Shown here piece by piece: positions 34,742 through 45,998 of a DNA stretch of 64,000 nt. Origin of the DNA: an uncultured Gemmatimonadales bacterium (GTDB lineage: Bacteria; Gemmatimonadota; Gemmatimonadetes; Gemmatimonadales; GWC2-71-9); NCBI GenBank assembly GCA_963748815.1, contig CAVVKJ010000010.1, positions 320,001 through 384,000 on the forward strand. The letters are read 5' to 3'. The position numbers and the translations under genes were made by a program. Numbering within the stretch: the first letter of the stretch is position 1; each line of letters begins with the position of its first letter. Below the pieces are notes generated by a model. That model was not told the origin of the DNA, searched no databases, and saw only the letters and a program-made list of their open reading frames with translations.

Positions 34742-35760
34742 TTCGCTGGCTCTGGACCAGCCGCCGGTTCGGTGCCCGGCTGGCCCGCGTCGGGCTGCTG
34801 CCGGCCGCTGGGCTCTGGCGCGCCGGCATGGGGTTGCGCGAGCTTTCCTTCCGGCGGGGCTGGCGCGCCACGCATGACTTGCCCCGGCCGTCGGTCGCCG
34901 TGGGCAATCTCACGGTCGGCGGCTCCGGCAAGACGCCCATCGCGACCTGGATCGCCCGGCACTATGCGGCGCAGGGACGCCGTCCCGGCATTCTCCTCCG
35001 CGGGTACGGCGCCGATGAAGTGCTGGTGCACCGCCACGACGTGCCGGAGGCCCTCGTGGTGGCCAACCCCGATCGCGTCGCGGGGGCGGCCCGGGCGGTG
35101 GCGGATGGCGCGGACGTACTGGTGCTCGACGACGCCTTTCAGCGGCTCGACGTGCGTCGCGACCTCAACGTCCTCGTGATGAGCGCGGAGACCACGCTGG
35201 CGGTGCGATGGCCCCTCCCGGCGGGCCCGTGGCGCGAAGGGTGGGAAGCAATGGAGCGGGCCGACTTCGTCGTCGTCACCCGGAAGCGCGCCACCGCGGA
35301 GGCTGCGGAGGCGCTGGAGCGGGACATCGTCCGCCGGGTGTCGGTGCCGGTCGCCCGGGTCCATCTCGGGCTGCACCACCTCGAGGGGATGCTGAGCGGC
35401 GTGACCCGGCCCGTCGAGTCCCTGCGGGGCGAGCGGGTGGTGGCGGCCACGGCCATCGCCGATCCCGACGCCTTCGTCGCGCAGGTCAAGGGGACCGGCG
35501 CGCAGGTCCAGGTTGCGACCTGGAAGGACCACTACGATTTTCGGGACGAGGACGTGGCGTGGATTGCCCGGGCCGCCCGCAAGGCGGACCACGTGGTCCT
35601 CACCGCCAAGGACGCGGTCAAGCTCCGGGACCGCTGGCCCGCCAGCGCGCCAGAGCCTCTTGTGGCGATATTGAATGTCAGGTTCGAATCCGGGGGCGAT
35701 GCCTTCGTGGCGGCGCTCGACGCCCTCGTGTCTCCCGTGAAGCGCCCGCAGTCCACTTGA
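34708..35760 (+). CDS. lpxK: Tetraacyldisaccharide 4'-kinase
   Basis: [45 protein letters not shown]. Confidence 0.9.
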   Translation: MARRHGDTHRLIRWLWTSRRFGARLARVGLLPAAGLWRAGMGLRELSFRRGWRATHDLPRPSVAVGNLTVGGSGKTPIATWIARHYAAQGRRPGILLRGYGADEVLVHRHDVPEALVVANPDRVAGAARAVADGADVLVLDDAFQRLDVRRDLNVLVMSAETTLAVRWPLPAGPWREGWEAMERADFVVVTRKRATAEAAEALERDIVRRVSVPVARVHLGLHHLEGMLSGVTRPVESLRGERVVAATAIADPDAFVAQVKGTGAQVQVATWKDHYDFRDEDVAWIARAARKADHVVLTAKDAVKLRDRWPASAPEPLVAILNVRFESGGDAFVAALDALVSPVKRPQST

Positions 35761-35785
35761 TGGTCCGGTCCATCCGGAGAGGAAT

Positions 35786-37094
<1,309 letters not shown>

Positions 37095-37109
37095 GTCGGC
37101 GCGCCTCGC

Positions 37110-37574
37110 GTGGAGCTTTGGCTGCTGGCCGTGGGCAAATTGCGTCCGTCCTACCGCGAGGCCTGTGACGACTACCTGCGTCGCCTGGGGCGGCGTGCGA
37201 AGGTGCAGGAGGTGGAAGTGCGCGAAGCGGCCCGGGCTCCAACCCGGGCCGTTCAGCAATCCGAGGAGGCCACCCGCCTCCGCGCGCGGATCCCGCCACG
37301 GGCCCGGGTCGTGGCGCTCGCGCGCGAGGGCAGCGGCTGGACCAGCGCCGAGCTGGCGCAACGCCTCGGGAGGTGGGAAACCGAGGCGCGGCCGCTCGCG
37401 TTCCTCATCGGGGGGTCGACCGGGCTGGACTCCGGCCTCGTGGCAGGCACGGACCACCGCTGGAGCCTCGGCCCGCTCACCCTGCCGCACGAGCTCGCCC
37501 GCGTGGTGGTTGTTGAGCAACTCTACCGCGCCGGGACGATTCTTCGGGGCGAACCGTATCACAAGGGGAGGTAG
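37110..37574 (+). CDS. rlmH: 23S rRNA pseudouridine-1915 N3-methyltransferase
   Basis: AVGK, FLIGG..G, SL..LT.PH.L.R....EQLYRA..I..G.PYH. Confidence 0.93.
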   Translation: MELWLLAVGKLRPSYREACDDYLRRLGRRAKVQEVEVREAARAPTRAVQQSEEATRLRARIPPRARVVALAREGSGWTSAELAQRLGRWETEARPLAFLIGGSTGLDSGLVAGTDHRWSLGPLTLPHELARVVVVEQLYRAGTILRGEPYHKGR

Positions 37575-37576
37575 GG

Positions 37577-38293
37577 CTGGCTGAGTGGTTTGAGGACTGG
37601 TTCAACGACGATTATCTGGCGCTCTATCCGCATCGGGACGAGGCGGAGGCGGTTCGCGCCGTGGCGTTGTTGACACGCGTCCTTCCGTGGCAGGCGGGCT
37701 GGCGGGTGCTGGACGTCGGGTGCGGCGCCGGCCGCCATGCGCGGGCGATCGAGGCGGCTGGCGCGCGCCCGGTCGGCCTCGACCTGTCCGCGGACCTGTT
37801 GCGCTGCGCACGCGCCACGGGGATCCCGCTGGTGCGCGCCGACATGCGCCGGCTGCCGGTCCGTCGCGGGTCGATGGACCTCGTCGTCAATCTCTTTACC
37901 AGCTTCGGGTACTTCGAGCACGACGCCGAGCACGCGGGCGTCATCCGCGGCATCGCCGACACGCTTGCCTCCGGCGGGTGGTTCGCGCTCGACTTCCTGA
38001 ACGCGGACACCGTGCGCACGGGCTTGGTCGCCGAGGAAGTCCAGCAGCTCGGCATCGGTCCCGTCCGGATCACGCGCGAGCTTCGCGACGAGGGCCGCCG
38101 AGTGGTCAAGACGATTCGTATCCCTGATGGGCGGACGTTCATCGAGCGCGTCCGGCTCTTCCAGGCCGACGAGCTCGAGCGCATGCTGGCCGACGCCGGG
38201 CTGTCGGTGCAGTTCCGTTTCGGCGACTACGCCGGCGGCCCGCTGCACGCCGGCGCGCCGCGCACCATCCTGCTTTCCCGACTGGCCTCCTGA
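37577..38293 (+). CDS. Class I SAM-dependent methyltransferase, candidate bacillithiol N-methyltransferase (probable CTG start at 37577; first canonical start 37661)
   Basis: WFEDWF..Y...Y.HRD N-terminus, VLDVGCGAGRH, DMR, NLFTSFGYF, DFLN, ERVRLF; TGATG-coupled to bshC. Confidence 0.8.
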   Translation: MAEWFEDWFNDDYLALYPHRDEAEAVRAVALLTRVLPWQAGWRVLDVGCGAGRHARAIEAAGARPVGLDLSADLLRCARATGIPLVRADMRRLPVRRGSMDLVVNLFTSFGYFEHDAEHAGVIRGIADTLASGGWFALDFLNADTVRTGLVAEEVQQLGIGPVRITRELRDEGRRVVKTIRIPDGRTFIERVRLFQADELERMLADAGLSVQFRFGDYAGGPLHAGAPRTILLSRLAS

Positions 38294-39816
38294 TGCGAAT
38301 TCACCCCACGCCCTTCGCGATGCCCACCGCCTGGCCCGCCCCGATCGCCGGCGGGTTCGACCCGTCGTTGCTCCCGGCGCTGATCGGGGGCCCGGGGCTC
38401 GAGTCGCTCCGCGCGCGGCTCGCCGAACCGGGGGTGCTGGTCGTCACCACCGGCCAGCAGCCGGCGCTCTTCACCGGCCCGCTCTACGCCGTGCACAAGG
38501 CGCTGTCGGCCGCCGCGCTCGCGCGCGTGCTCTCGCATCGGTGGGGGCGGCCCGTCGTGCCCCTCTTCTGGGTGGCGAACGACGACCACGACTTTGCCGA
38601 AGCCAACCACGCGGCCTGGCTCCGGCAGGACGGGTCGCTTCACGTCGAGACGCTCCCTGACCGCCCTTCCGGGGCCGCGCTGCGGCCGATGGCCCGGGAA
38701 CCGCTTGGCGCCGGGGTCACCGACGCCCTCGAGTCGCTTGCCGGCGACCTCGCCCCCCTGGACGGCGGCGAGGAGGTCCTGCAGTGGTTGCGCGCGCATT
38801 TCCGTCCGGCGGCGACCGTGGGAAACGCCAGCGGGGCGGCGCTCGCCGAATTGCTGGCGCCCCTGGGCGTGCTCTGCCTCGATGGCTCCCACGCGGCGCT
38901 GAAGGCCCGGGGCGCCCTGATCGTTCGCCGCGCCCTCGAGGATGCCGCCGGGCTGGAAGCGGCGCTGGTGCGCCGCGCGGGGGCGCTCGCTGCCGAAGGC
39001 CGGGACCCCGGTGTCGTGGTCGGCGACGGCGCCACCCTCGTCATGCTCGAAGGGACGGAAGGCCGTGATCGGCTGGTGCGGGACGGGGCGGGGTTCGCCA
39101 CGCGACACGGTGGCGAACGATTCACCCTCGCCGAACTGCTGGAGCTCCTCGATCGCGACCCGGCGCGATTCTCGGGCAACGTGCTGCTCCGGCCCATCAT
39201 CGAGCGGGCCGTGCTGCCCACCGTGGCCTACGTGGCCGGTCCCGGGGAGCTCCGTTATCTGGCCCTGGCCGAAGCGGCCTACGCGCACCTGAACGCCGAG
39301 CGGCAGCTCCCGGTCCCGCGCTGGTCGGGGCTGCTCGTCGAACCGAGAGTCGATCGGGTGCTGGGCAAGTTCGGAGCGTCGCTCGATGAGCTGCTCGCCC
39401 CCGATGCCCGCCTCGAGGCCCGCGTCGCGCGGGAGCACCTGCCGGGGGAGGCCGCTGCGGCGCTCGGCGCGCTGCGCGCGGGCATCGAGGCGCAATACGG
39501 CATTCTCGCGTCCGTCGCCATCGACGTCGATCCGACGCTCGACCGGCCGATCCAGGGGCTGAAGGGGAGGGCGCTGCAGGGGGCCGACAAGGCGGAGAAG
39601 AAGCTGATTCAGCACCTCAAGCGCCGACACCAGACGGAGACCGACCAGATCGGGCGGGCCCGGACGGCGGTCCAGCCGGGCGGGCGTCCGCAGGAGCGGG
39701 TCGTCACGGTGGCGCCGTACCTCGCCCGCTACGGACACGGCATCCTGCAGGGGCTGCTCGACGAAATGGTTGCCTGGTACGGCTCCGCCCTTGAAGGCGG
39801 GGCGCCTCCCTCGTAA
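38293..39816 (+). CDS. bshC: Bacillithiol biosynthesis cysteine-adding enzyme BshC
   Basis: VTTGQQ..LFTGPLY..HKA, FWVA.DDHDFAE, FS.NVLLRP, YVAGPGEL.Y, PQERV. Confidence 0.9.
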   Translation: MRIHPTPFAMPTAWPAPIAGGFDPSLLPALIGGPGLESLRARLAEPGVLVVTTGQQPALFTGPLYAVHKALSAAALARVLSHRWGRPVVPLFWVANDDHDFAEANHAAWLRQDGSLHVETLPDRPSGAALRPMAREPLGAGVTDALESLAGDLAPLDGGEEVLQWLRAHFRPAATVGNASGAALAELLAPLGVLCLDGSHAALKARGALIVRRALEDAAGLEAALVRRAGALAAEGRDPGVVVGDGATLVMLEGTEGRDRLVRDGAGFATRHGGERFTLAELLELLDRDPARFSGNVLLRPIIERAVLPTVAYVAGPGELRYLALAEAAYAHLNAERQLPVPRWSGLLVEPRVDRVLGKFGASLDELLAPDARLEARVAREHLPGEAAAALGALRAGIEAQYGILASVAIDVDPTLDRPIQGLKGRALQGADKAEKKLIQHLKRRHQTETDQIGRARTAVQPGGRPQERVVTVAPYLARYGHGILQGLLDEMVAWYGSALEGGAPPS

Positions 39817-39825
39817 GATCGTTGC

Positions 39826-40110
39826 ATGGTAATGCTCATTGGACTGGTCCTGCTGGTGGCGCTGATGCTCCCGATCCTGAGCATCGTCCTCGACTCACCC
39901 TTTGGGCGCGCCCTTGCCCGCAAGGTGGACGGGCCGGAGGTGGCGCCGCCGCCCGTCGCCGACCTGGCCAAGCGGGTGGAACTCCTCGAGAGTGAATTCG
40001 ACGACCTCACCCGAGCGGTCGAGGGGCTGAAGGACGAGAACGCCTTCCTGCAGCGCCTGATCGAGGACGCCCCGGCGCGGCCCGCCCTGCCGCCGCGCAG
40101 TTCCCCCTGA
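39826..40110 (+). CDS. Small membrane-anchored coiled-coil protein
   Basis: N-terminal TM, SPFGRALA, coiled coil ending ENAFLQRLIE. Confidence 0.65.
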   Translation: MVMLIGLVLLVALMLPILSIVLDSPFGRALARKVDGPEVAPPPVADLAKRVELLESEFDDLTRAVEGLKDENAFLQRLIEDAPARPALPPRSSP

Positions 40111-40118
40111 GCGTCCCG

Positions 40119-41663
40119 ATGTCCCGCCGGCCCGCGGCCATGGTCGCGGCGGGGATCTTCCTCAGCCGAATCCTCGGGTTGGTCCGGCAGCGCGCCCTGG
40201 CCCACTTCCTCGGCAATTCAGGCGTCGCGGATGCCTTCACCGCCGCGTTCCGCATCCCCAACCTCCTCCAGAATCTCTTCGGCGAAGGGGCGCTCTCGGC
40301 GTCCTTCATCCCGGTGTACGCGGGGCTGCTCGCCGACAAGGACCGGGCCGAGGCCGATCGGGTTGCCGGCGCGGTCGGGGCGCTGCTCGCCGTCGTCGTG
40401 TCGGTCATCGTGGTGCTTGGGGTTCTCGCCGCCCCGTTCCTGGTCACTGTCATCGCCCCGGGCTTTGCCGGGGAGAAGCGCGACCTGACGATTCGGCTGG
40501 TCCGCGTGCTCTTCCCGGGCGCCGGGCTCCTGGTGTTTTCCGCCTGGTGCCTCGGCATCCTGAACAGCCACCGCCGGTTCTTTCTCAGCTACGCCGCGCC
40601 GGTGGCCTGGAACCTCGCCATCATCGGAACGCTCCTCGTACTCGGGCCCCGGCGGGCAATGGCCGACCTCGCCGTCGCCGCCGCCTGGGCGAGCGTCGCC
40701 GGCAGCCTCCTCCAGGTTCTCGTCCAATGGCCGACCGTCCGGCGCGTCGCCCCCGACCTGCGTTTCCGGCTTGTCACCACGACGGCGCATGTGCGGACGG
40801 TGATCGCCAACTTCGTCCCGGCGTTCGTCGGTCGCGGCGTCGTGCAGGTGAGCGCCTTCATCGACTCGCTCCTGGCCACGCTCCTCCCGACCGGCGCCGT
40901 GGCCGCCATCGGGTACGCGCAGACGATCTACCTGATGCCGGTGAGCCTCTTCGGGATGGCCATCTCCGCCGCCGAATTGCCCGCGATGTCCGGCGCGCGC
41001 GGGAGCACCGAGGAAGTCGGCGCCTACCTCCGCGCGCGACTCGACGGCGGATTGCGACGCGTGGCCTTTCTCGTGGTCCCCTCCTCGATGGCCTTCCTGG
41101 CGCTGGGGCACGTGATCGTGAGCGCGCTGTACCAGACCGGTGAGTTCGGGCGGCGGGACTCCCTGTATGTCTGGGGCATCCTGGCGGGATCGGCTGTCGG
41201 GCTGCTCGCCTCGACGATGGGCCGGCTGTACGCCTCGGCGTTCTACGCCCTCCGCGACACGCGGACGCCGCTGCGATTTGCCGTCGTGCGCGTGCTGCTC
41301 ACCGCCGCCTTCGGCTGGTTCGCCGCGCTCCGCCTTCCGGGGCTGCTGGTGATCGGGCCGGAGTGGGGAGCCGCCGGGTTGACCATGTCGGCAGGCGTCG
41401 CGGGATGGGTGGAGTTCGTGCTCCTGCGGCGGGGCCTCGGCGCCCGAATCGGCGCGACGGGCCTCCCCGCCGGCCTCCTCCCGCGGCTCTGGCTGGCCGC
41501 GGCGCTCGGCGCCGGCGCGGGATGGATGGCCCTCCGGTTCCTTGGGGCGTGGCACCCGGTGCCGGCTGCAGTGGTCATCCTTGGCGGCTACGGGGTCACG
41601 TACCTGCTCGCGGCCCGCCTGTTCGGCGTGCAGGAGGCGCGTGACCTGCTGGTGCGTCGATGA
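40119..41663 (+). CDS. murJ: Lipid II flippase MurJ
   Basis: SRILGLVR, DAF.AAFRIPNL...LFGEGALSASFIP, FYA.RDTRTP. Confidence 0.93.
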   Translation: MSRRPAAMVAAGIFLSRILGLVRQRALAHFLGNSGVADAFTAAFRIPNLLQNLFGEGALSASFIPVYAGLLADKDRAEADRVAGAVGALLAVVVSVIVVLGVLAAPFLVTVIAPGFAGEKRDLTIRLVRVLFPGAGLLVFSAWCLGILNSHRRFFLSYAAPVAWNLAIIGTLLVLGPRRAMADLAVAAAWASVAGSLLQVLVQWPTVRRVAPDLRFRLVTTTAHVRTVIANFVPAFVGRGVVQVSAFIDSLLATLLPTGAVAAIGYAQTIYLMPVSLFGMAISAAELPAMSGARGSTEEVGAYLRARLDGGLRRVAFLVVPSSMAFLALGHVIVSALYQTGEFGRRDSLYVWGILAGSAVGLLASTMGRLYASAFYALRDTRTPLRFAVVRVLLTAAFGWFAALRLPGLLVIGPEWGAAGLTMSAGVAGWVEFVLLRRGLGARIGATGLPAGLLPRLWLAAALGAGAGWMALRFLGAWHPVPAAVVILGGYGVTYLLAARLFGVQEARDLLVRR

Positions 41664-43483
41664 CCGACCCGCTCACCCCCTCGGTCGCCCTCGCGCGCAA
41701 GCTCGACACGCTGCCCGACGGGCCGGGTGTGTATCTCTGGAAGGACGCCGAGGGAACAGTCATCTACGTCGGGAAGGCGAAGCGACTGCGCGGCCGGGTG
41801 CGGAGCTACTTTCTCGGCGACCACGCGGAAAACCCCAAGTCACGGCTGCTGGTGCGGCACATCGCCGACGTGGAGACGATCGTCGTCCCCGACGAGGTGC
41901 AGTCGCTGCTGCTCGAAAACAACCTGATCAAGACCTACCAGCCCCGCTTCAACGTCCGCCTCAAGGACGACAAGAGCTACCCCTCGATCGCCGTGACCGT
42001 CAAGGAGCCGTTCCCCCGCGTCCTCGTCACGCGGCGGATGGACATTCCCGGGGCCCGCTACTTCGGGCCCTACACCGACGTGACGCTGATGCGGCGGTCG
42101 CTCGCGCTCATCCGCCGGATGTTCACCGTTCGGAGCTGCAGCGACGACCTCCCGCGGGAGCGCCGCGAACGCCCCTGCCTCGATTACCACATTGGCCGAT
42201 GCCGGGCCCCCTGCGTCGGGTGGCAGCCCGAAGCCTCCTATCGCGCCATGATCGAAGAAGTCCTCGATTTCCTCGGCGGGCGCACCGTCGACGTGCGCTC
42301 GAAGGTGCGCGACCTCATGACCGCCGCGAGCGACCGGCAGGATTATGAGCGCGCCCGCGAACTCCGCGACACCCTCAAGTGGCTCGACCGGGCGGACACG
42401 CCGGCCGCGGTGGAGGTCACCGGGACCGGCGACGCCGACGTGATCGGGTATGCGCGCGACGGCGACGACGCGGTCGGTGTGCTGATGCGGATTCGCGAGG
42501 GCCGCCTGATCGGCCGGGAGCATCGGGTGCTCGAGAACGTCGACGAGGTGGCCGACTCCACGGTGCTCGGAGCCCTCCTCGTGCGCTACTACCTGCCGAC
42601 GGAGGGAAGGGCCGACCGGCTGGTGCTGCCGCTCCCTCCCGCCGACCTCGCCGAGCTGGAATCGCTGCTCCCGGGCGTGCAGGTGTTCGTGCCGCAACGG
42701 GGCACCGCCGCCCGCTGGCTGGAGCTGGCCGACCAGAACGCCCGCCATCTCCTGGAAAGCCTGCGGATCGAGTCGTTCGAAACCGACGAGCGGGCGGAAG
42801 ATCCGGTGTATGCGCTCGGTCGCGACCTCGGGCTGAGCGTGGTGCCGAGGAGCCTGATCTGCGTGGACATCTCGACCAACCAGGGCAGAGATACCGTCGG
42901 CTCCCTGGTCTGGTTCGAGGCGGGACGGCCGAAGAAGGCGGAGTACCGCAAGTTCAAGATCCAGGGGGTCGGGCAGCAGGACGACTTCGCCGCGATCCAC
43001 GAAGTCGTGACACGATACCTCACCCGTCGGCGCGAGGAAGGGAAGGCGCTGCCGGACCTCGTGGTGATCGACGGGGGGAAGGGACAGCTCAACGCCGCGC
43101 GCGCCGCGGCCGACGCCGCCGGGTTCGAGACGCTTCCGATCGCCTCGCTCGCCAAGCGCGAGGAGGAGGTCTTCCTGGTGGGCCGCGCCGACGCCATCCG
43201 GCTTCCGAGGCGGGCGCCCTCCCTCCGCCTGCTGCAGCGCGCACGCGACGAGGCGCACCGCTTCGGCGTGGCGTACAGTCGCAAGCGGCGAAACCAGCGG
43301 ACCATCACGTCGGAATTGCTCGATATTCCTGGCGTCGGGCCGCTCAAGCGGACCCGGCTGCTGGAACGATTTGGAAGCCTGGCCGCGGTGAAGACCGCGA
43401 GCGTCGCAGAGCTCGCCGCCGTGCCTGGATTTTCCACCACTCTTGCCGAACGGGTGCTCGCCACCCTGGGATCCCGCCCATGA
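41660..43483 (+). CDS. uvrC: Excinuclease ABC subunit C
   Basis: GIY-YIG (PGVY...IYVGKA), LKDDKSYP, DGGKGQL, RDEAHRF, HhH IPGVG. Confidence 0.95.
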   Translation: MTDPLTPSVALARKLDTLPDGPGVYLWKDAEGTVIYVGKAKRLRGRVRSYFLGDHAENPKSRLLVRHIADVETIVVPDEVQSLLLENNLIKTYQPRFNVRLKDDKSYPSIAVTVKEPFPRVLVTRRMDIPGARYFGPYTDVTLMRRSLALIRRMFTVRSCSDDLPRERRERPCLDYHIGRCRAPCVGWQPEASYRAMIEEVLDFLGGRTVDVRSKVRDLMTAASDRQDYERARELRDTLKWLDRADTPAAVEVTGTGDADVIGYARDGDDAVGVLMRIREGRLIGREHRVLENVDEVADSTVLGALLVRYYLPTEGRADRLVLPLPPADLAELESLLPGVQVFVPQRGTAARWLELADQNARHLLESLRIESFETDERAEDPVYALGRDLGLSVVPRSLICVDISTNQGRDTVGSLVWFEAGRPKKAEYRKFKIQGVGQQDDFAAIHEVVTRYLTRRREEGKALPDLVVIDGGKGQLNAARAAADAAGFETLPIASLAKREEEVFLVGRADAIRLPRRAPSLRLLQRARDEAHRFGVAYSRKRRNQRTITSELLDIPGVGPLKRTRLLERFGSLAAVKTASVAELAAVPGFSTTLAERVLATLGSRP

Positions 43484-44679
43484 CCGACTCGCTGGCCCGA
43501 CCCACCGAAGGCATCGACTGGACGCTGGAATGCCTGGCCTGCGGCGCGACAAGCACCGCGGAGGGGCTGCCGACCGTCTGCATTTGCGGGCAGCCCTGGC
43601 TGGTGCGCTATCCTGACCGCCGGCCCGGGATCGTGCAGCGCGCCGAGGTGCGCCGACGGCACGGCATGTGGCGATTCCGCGACTTCCTGCCGCTCCGCCC
43701 CTTCGAGGAACCGGTGTCGCTCGGCGAGGGTGACACCCCGCTGATTCGGTTGCGGCGCACTGCCGGGCGGCTCGGTGTGCCGAATCTCTGGCTCAAGGAC
43801 GAAGGCACCAATCCGACCGGGTCCTTCAAGGCTCGCGGGCTGAGCGCCGCCATCACCCGGGCTACGGCGGCCGGCGCCCGCCGCTTCACGCTCCCGACCG
43901 CCGGGAACGCCGGCGTGGCCGCCTCGGCCTACGCCGCGCGCGCCGGGGCCGAAGTGCGGGTCTTTGCACCCGACACGACTCCCGTCACCATCCTCTCCCA
44001 GGTGGAGGCCTTCGGCGGGACACTCGTCCTGCTGGAGGGACACATCGGGGATTGTGGAAAGGCGAGCCGGGCGTGGGCGGCGGAGTCCGGCGCCTTCGAC
44101 CTCTCCACCCTGCGGGAACCCTACCGGATCGAGGGGAAGAAAACCCTCGGTTTGGAGCTCGCGCTGCAGCTGGCGTGGAAGATGCCCGATGTCATCCTGT
44201 ACCCCACCGGGGGCGGCACCGGCCTGATCGGGATGTGGAAGGCCTTTCAAGAGCTGAAGGACCACGGTTGGGTCGAAGGGGATCTCCCACGTTTCTACTC
44301 CGTGCAGTCGACCGGCTGCGCCCCGATCGTCAAGGCGTTCGAAGCGGGCGCTGATCGCGCCGAAGTCTGGGAGGATCCGTGGACCGTCGCGAGCGGATTG
44401 CGCGTCCCGGGCGCCTTGGGTGACCGGCTGATGCTGCGGGCGCTTCGGGAGACGGCGGGCGGGGCAGTCGCCATCGAGGACCCGGTCCTGGTCGAGGCCG
44501 CCCAGACGGTGTCGCGGGAAGAGGGGGTGGACGTCTCCCCCGAGGGTGGAGCGGCGATGGCGGCGCTCGAGGTGCTCGTCGGGCGGGGGCAAATCGACCG
44601 GGGGGAGACAGTGGTGGTATTCAACACCGGAGCGGGGTGGCTCTACCGGAACCCGCAGGAATTGCGGGGCGGGCGCTAG
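43480..44679 (+). CDS. thrC: Threonine synthase
   Basis: SLGEGDTPL, KDEG.NPTGSFKARG, TAGNA, PYRIEGKKT, PTGGGTG. Confidence 0.85.
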   Translation: MTDSLARPTEGIDWTLECLACGATSTAEGLPTVCICGQPWLVRYPDRRPGIVQRAEVRRRHGMWRFRDFLPLRPFEEPVSLGEGDTPLIRLRRTAGRLGVPNLWLKDEGTNPTGSFKARGLSAAITRATAAGARRFTLPTAGNAGVAASAYAARAGAEVRVFAPDTTPVTILSQVEAFGGTLVLLEGHIGDCGKASRAWAAESGAFDLSTLREPYRIEGKKTLGLELALQLAWKMPDVILYPTGGGTGLIGMWKAFQELKDHGWVEGDLPRFYSVQSTGCAPIVKAFEAGADRAEVWEDPWTVASGLRVPGALGDRLMLRALRETAGGAVAIEDPVLVEAAQTVSREEGVDVSPEGGAAMAALEVLVGRGQIDRGETVVVFNTGAGWLYRNPQELRGGR

Positions 44680-44699
44680 GGGGCGATATTTCCAAGTCT

Positions 44700-45989
44700 A
44701 TGCCTGACAGCCGCTTTGCCGTCATCGACCCGTCGTCCGGAATCAGCGGCGACATGCTTCTCGGAGCGCTGGTCGACCTCGGCGCCGGAGAGGACTGGAT
44801 CCGGGGACTTCCGGCGCGACTCGGGTGCCCCGAGGTTCGGGTGGAGGTTTCTCGCGCGGACCGGTCCGGCATCAGCGCTGCGAGAGTGTCGGTGGTGCTG
44901 CCCGATGGCAGCTCCGAGGGTCCAGCGGTTCCGGTGGCCCATACGCACGAGGCGGGGCATCATCATCATGGCCACGACGTGGCGCACGGACATGCGCCGC
45001 ATCGCCATATCGGCGAGTTGCTGGAGCAGATCGACCAGGCCCCCATTTCGCCCTGGGTGAAGGAGCGGGCGCTGGCGGCCTTCCGGCTCCTTGGAGCGGC
45101 CGAGGGCCGTGTGCACGGGATCGGGGCGGATGCCGTCGCGCTGCACGAGGTCGGGGCCCTGGACGCCCTCGTGGACATCGTGGGAGGCATCGAGGGGTTT
45201 GAGCGGCTCGGGATTCGGCAGGTGTACCGTCGGCCGGTCTCGGTCGGGGAGGGGTGGGTCCGGGCGGCGCACGGCGTGCTCTCGGTGCCGGCGCCCGCAA
45301 CGGGAGTGCTCCTGGAAGGAATCGAGATCGGGGCGAATGGCCCCGTTACGGGAGAAGCGACGACGCCGACCGGCGCGGTGCTCCTCCGGGTGCTCACCGA
45401 GGGTCCGCCACCCTCCCGGTGGCGCCCTGGGGCCACTGGATGGGGGGCTGGGGGCCGGAATCCGAAGGGGTACCCGAATGTGCTGCGGGTCCTGGTTGGG
45501 GAACCGGCGGGGGAGGCGGCGGAAGTGGTGGTCACCGCCACCGATCTCGACGACTTCAATCCCGAGTATCTTGAGCCGGTTCGCGCGGCCCTGTTCGCGG
45601 CCGGCGCGCTGGATGTGCAGGTGTGGGGCACGATGGCCAAGAAGGGCCGGGCGAGCCTGCGGATCGAGGTGATCAGCGAGACGGCGGCGGCTGAGGCCAT
45701 GGCGGAGGCGCTTTTCCGGCACACGACCACCGGAGGTGTCCGGCGCTGGACCGCGAGCCGCTCGACGCTGCCGCGCCGCGATTTCGAGGTCATGACGCGG
45801 GAAGGCGCCGCGGTCCGGATCAAGGTGCTCGACGCACCGGGCGGGGCGCGGGTGAAGGCGGAGTATGATGACGTCGTCTCCGCCGCCCTGCAGGCCGGGC
45901 GCACCACTGCGGACGTCGTGCGGGAAGTGCAGCAACAGGCTGAAGCACGGGTGGCGCGCGAGGTCGCGGCCCCCTTGACTGACAACTAA
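44700..45989 (+). CDS. larC: Nickel-pincer cofactor biosynthesis protein LarC
   Basis: GISGDMLLGALVD, His-rich segment, AEGRVHG, HEVGA.D..VDI, VPAPAT, TTPTGA, DLDD.NPE, KKGR, K.EYDD. Confidence 0.88.
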   Translation: MPDSRFAVIDPSSGISGDMLLGALVDLGAGEDWIRGLPARLGCPEVRVEVSRADRSGISAARVSVVLPDGSSEGPAVPVAHTHEAGHHHHGHDVAHGHAPHRHIGELLEQIDQAPISPWVKERALAAFRLLGAAEGRVHGIGADAVALHEVGALDALVDIVGGIEGFERLGIRQVYRRPVSVGEGWVRAAHGVLSVPAPATGVLLEGIEIGANGPVTGEATTPTGAVLLRVLTEGPPPSRWRPGATGWGAGGRNPKGYPNVLRVLVGEPAGEAAEVVVTATDLDDFNPEYLEPVRAALFAAGALDVQVWGTMAKKGRASLRIEVISETAAAEAMAEALFRHTTTGGVRRWTASRSTLPRRDFEVMTREGAAVRIKVLDAPGGARVKAEYDDVVSAALQAGRTTADVVREVQQQAEARVAREVAAPLTDN

Positions 45990-45998
45990 GGAGCAACG

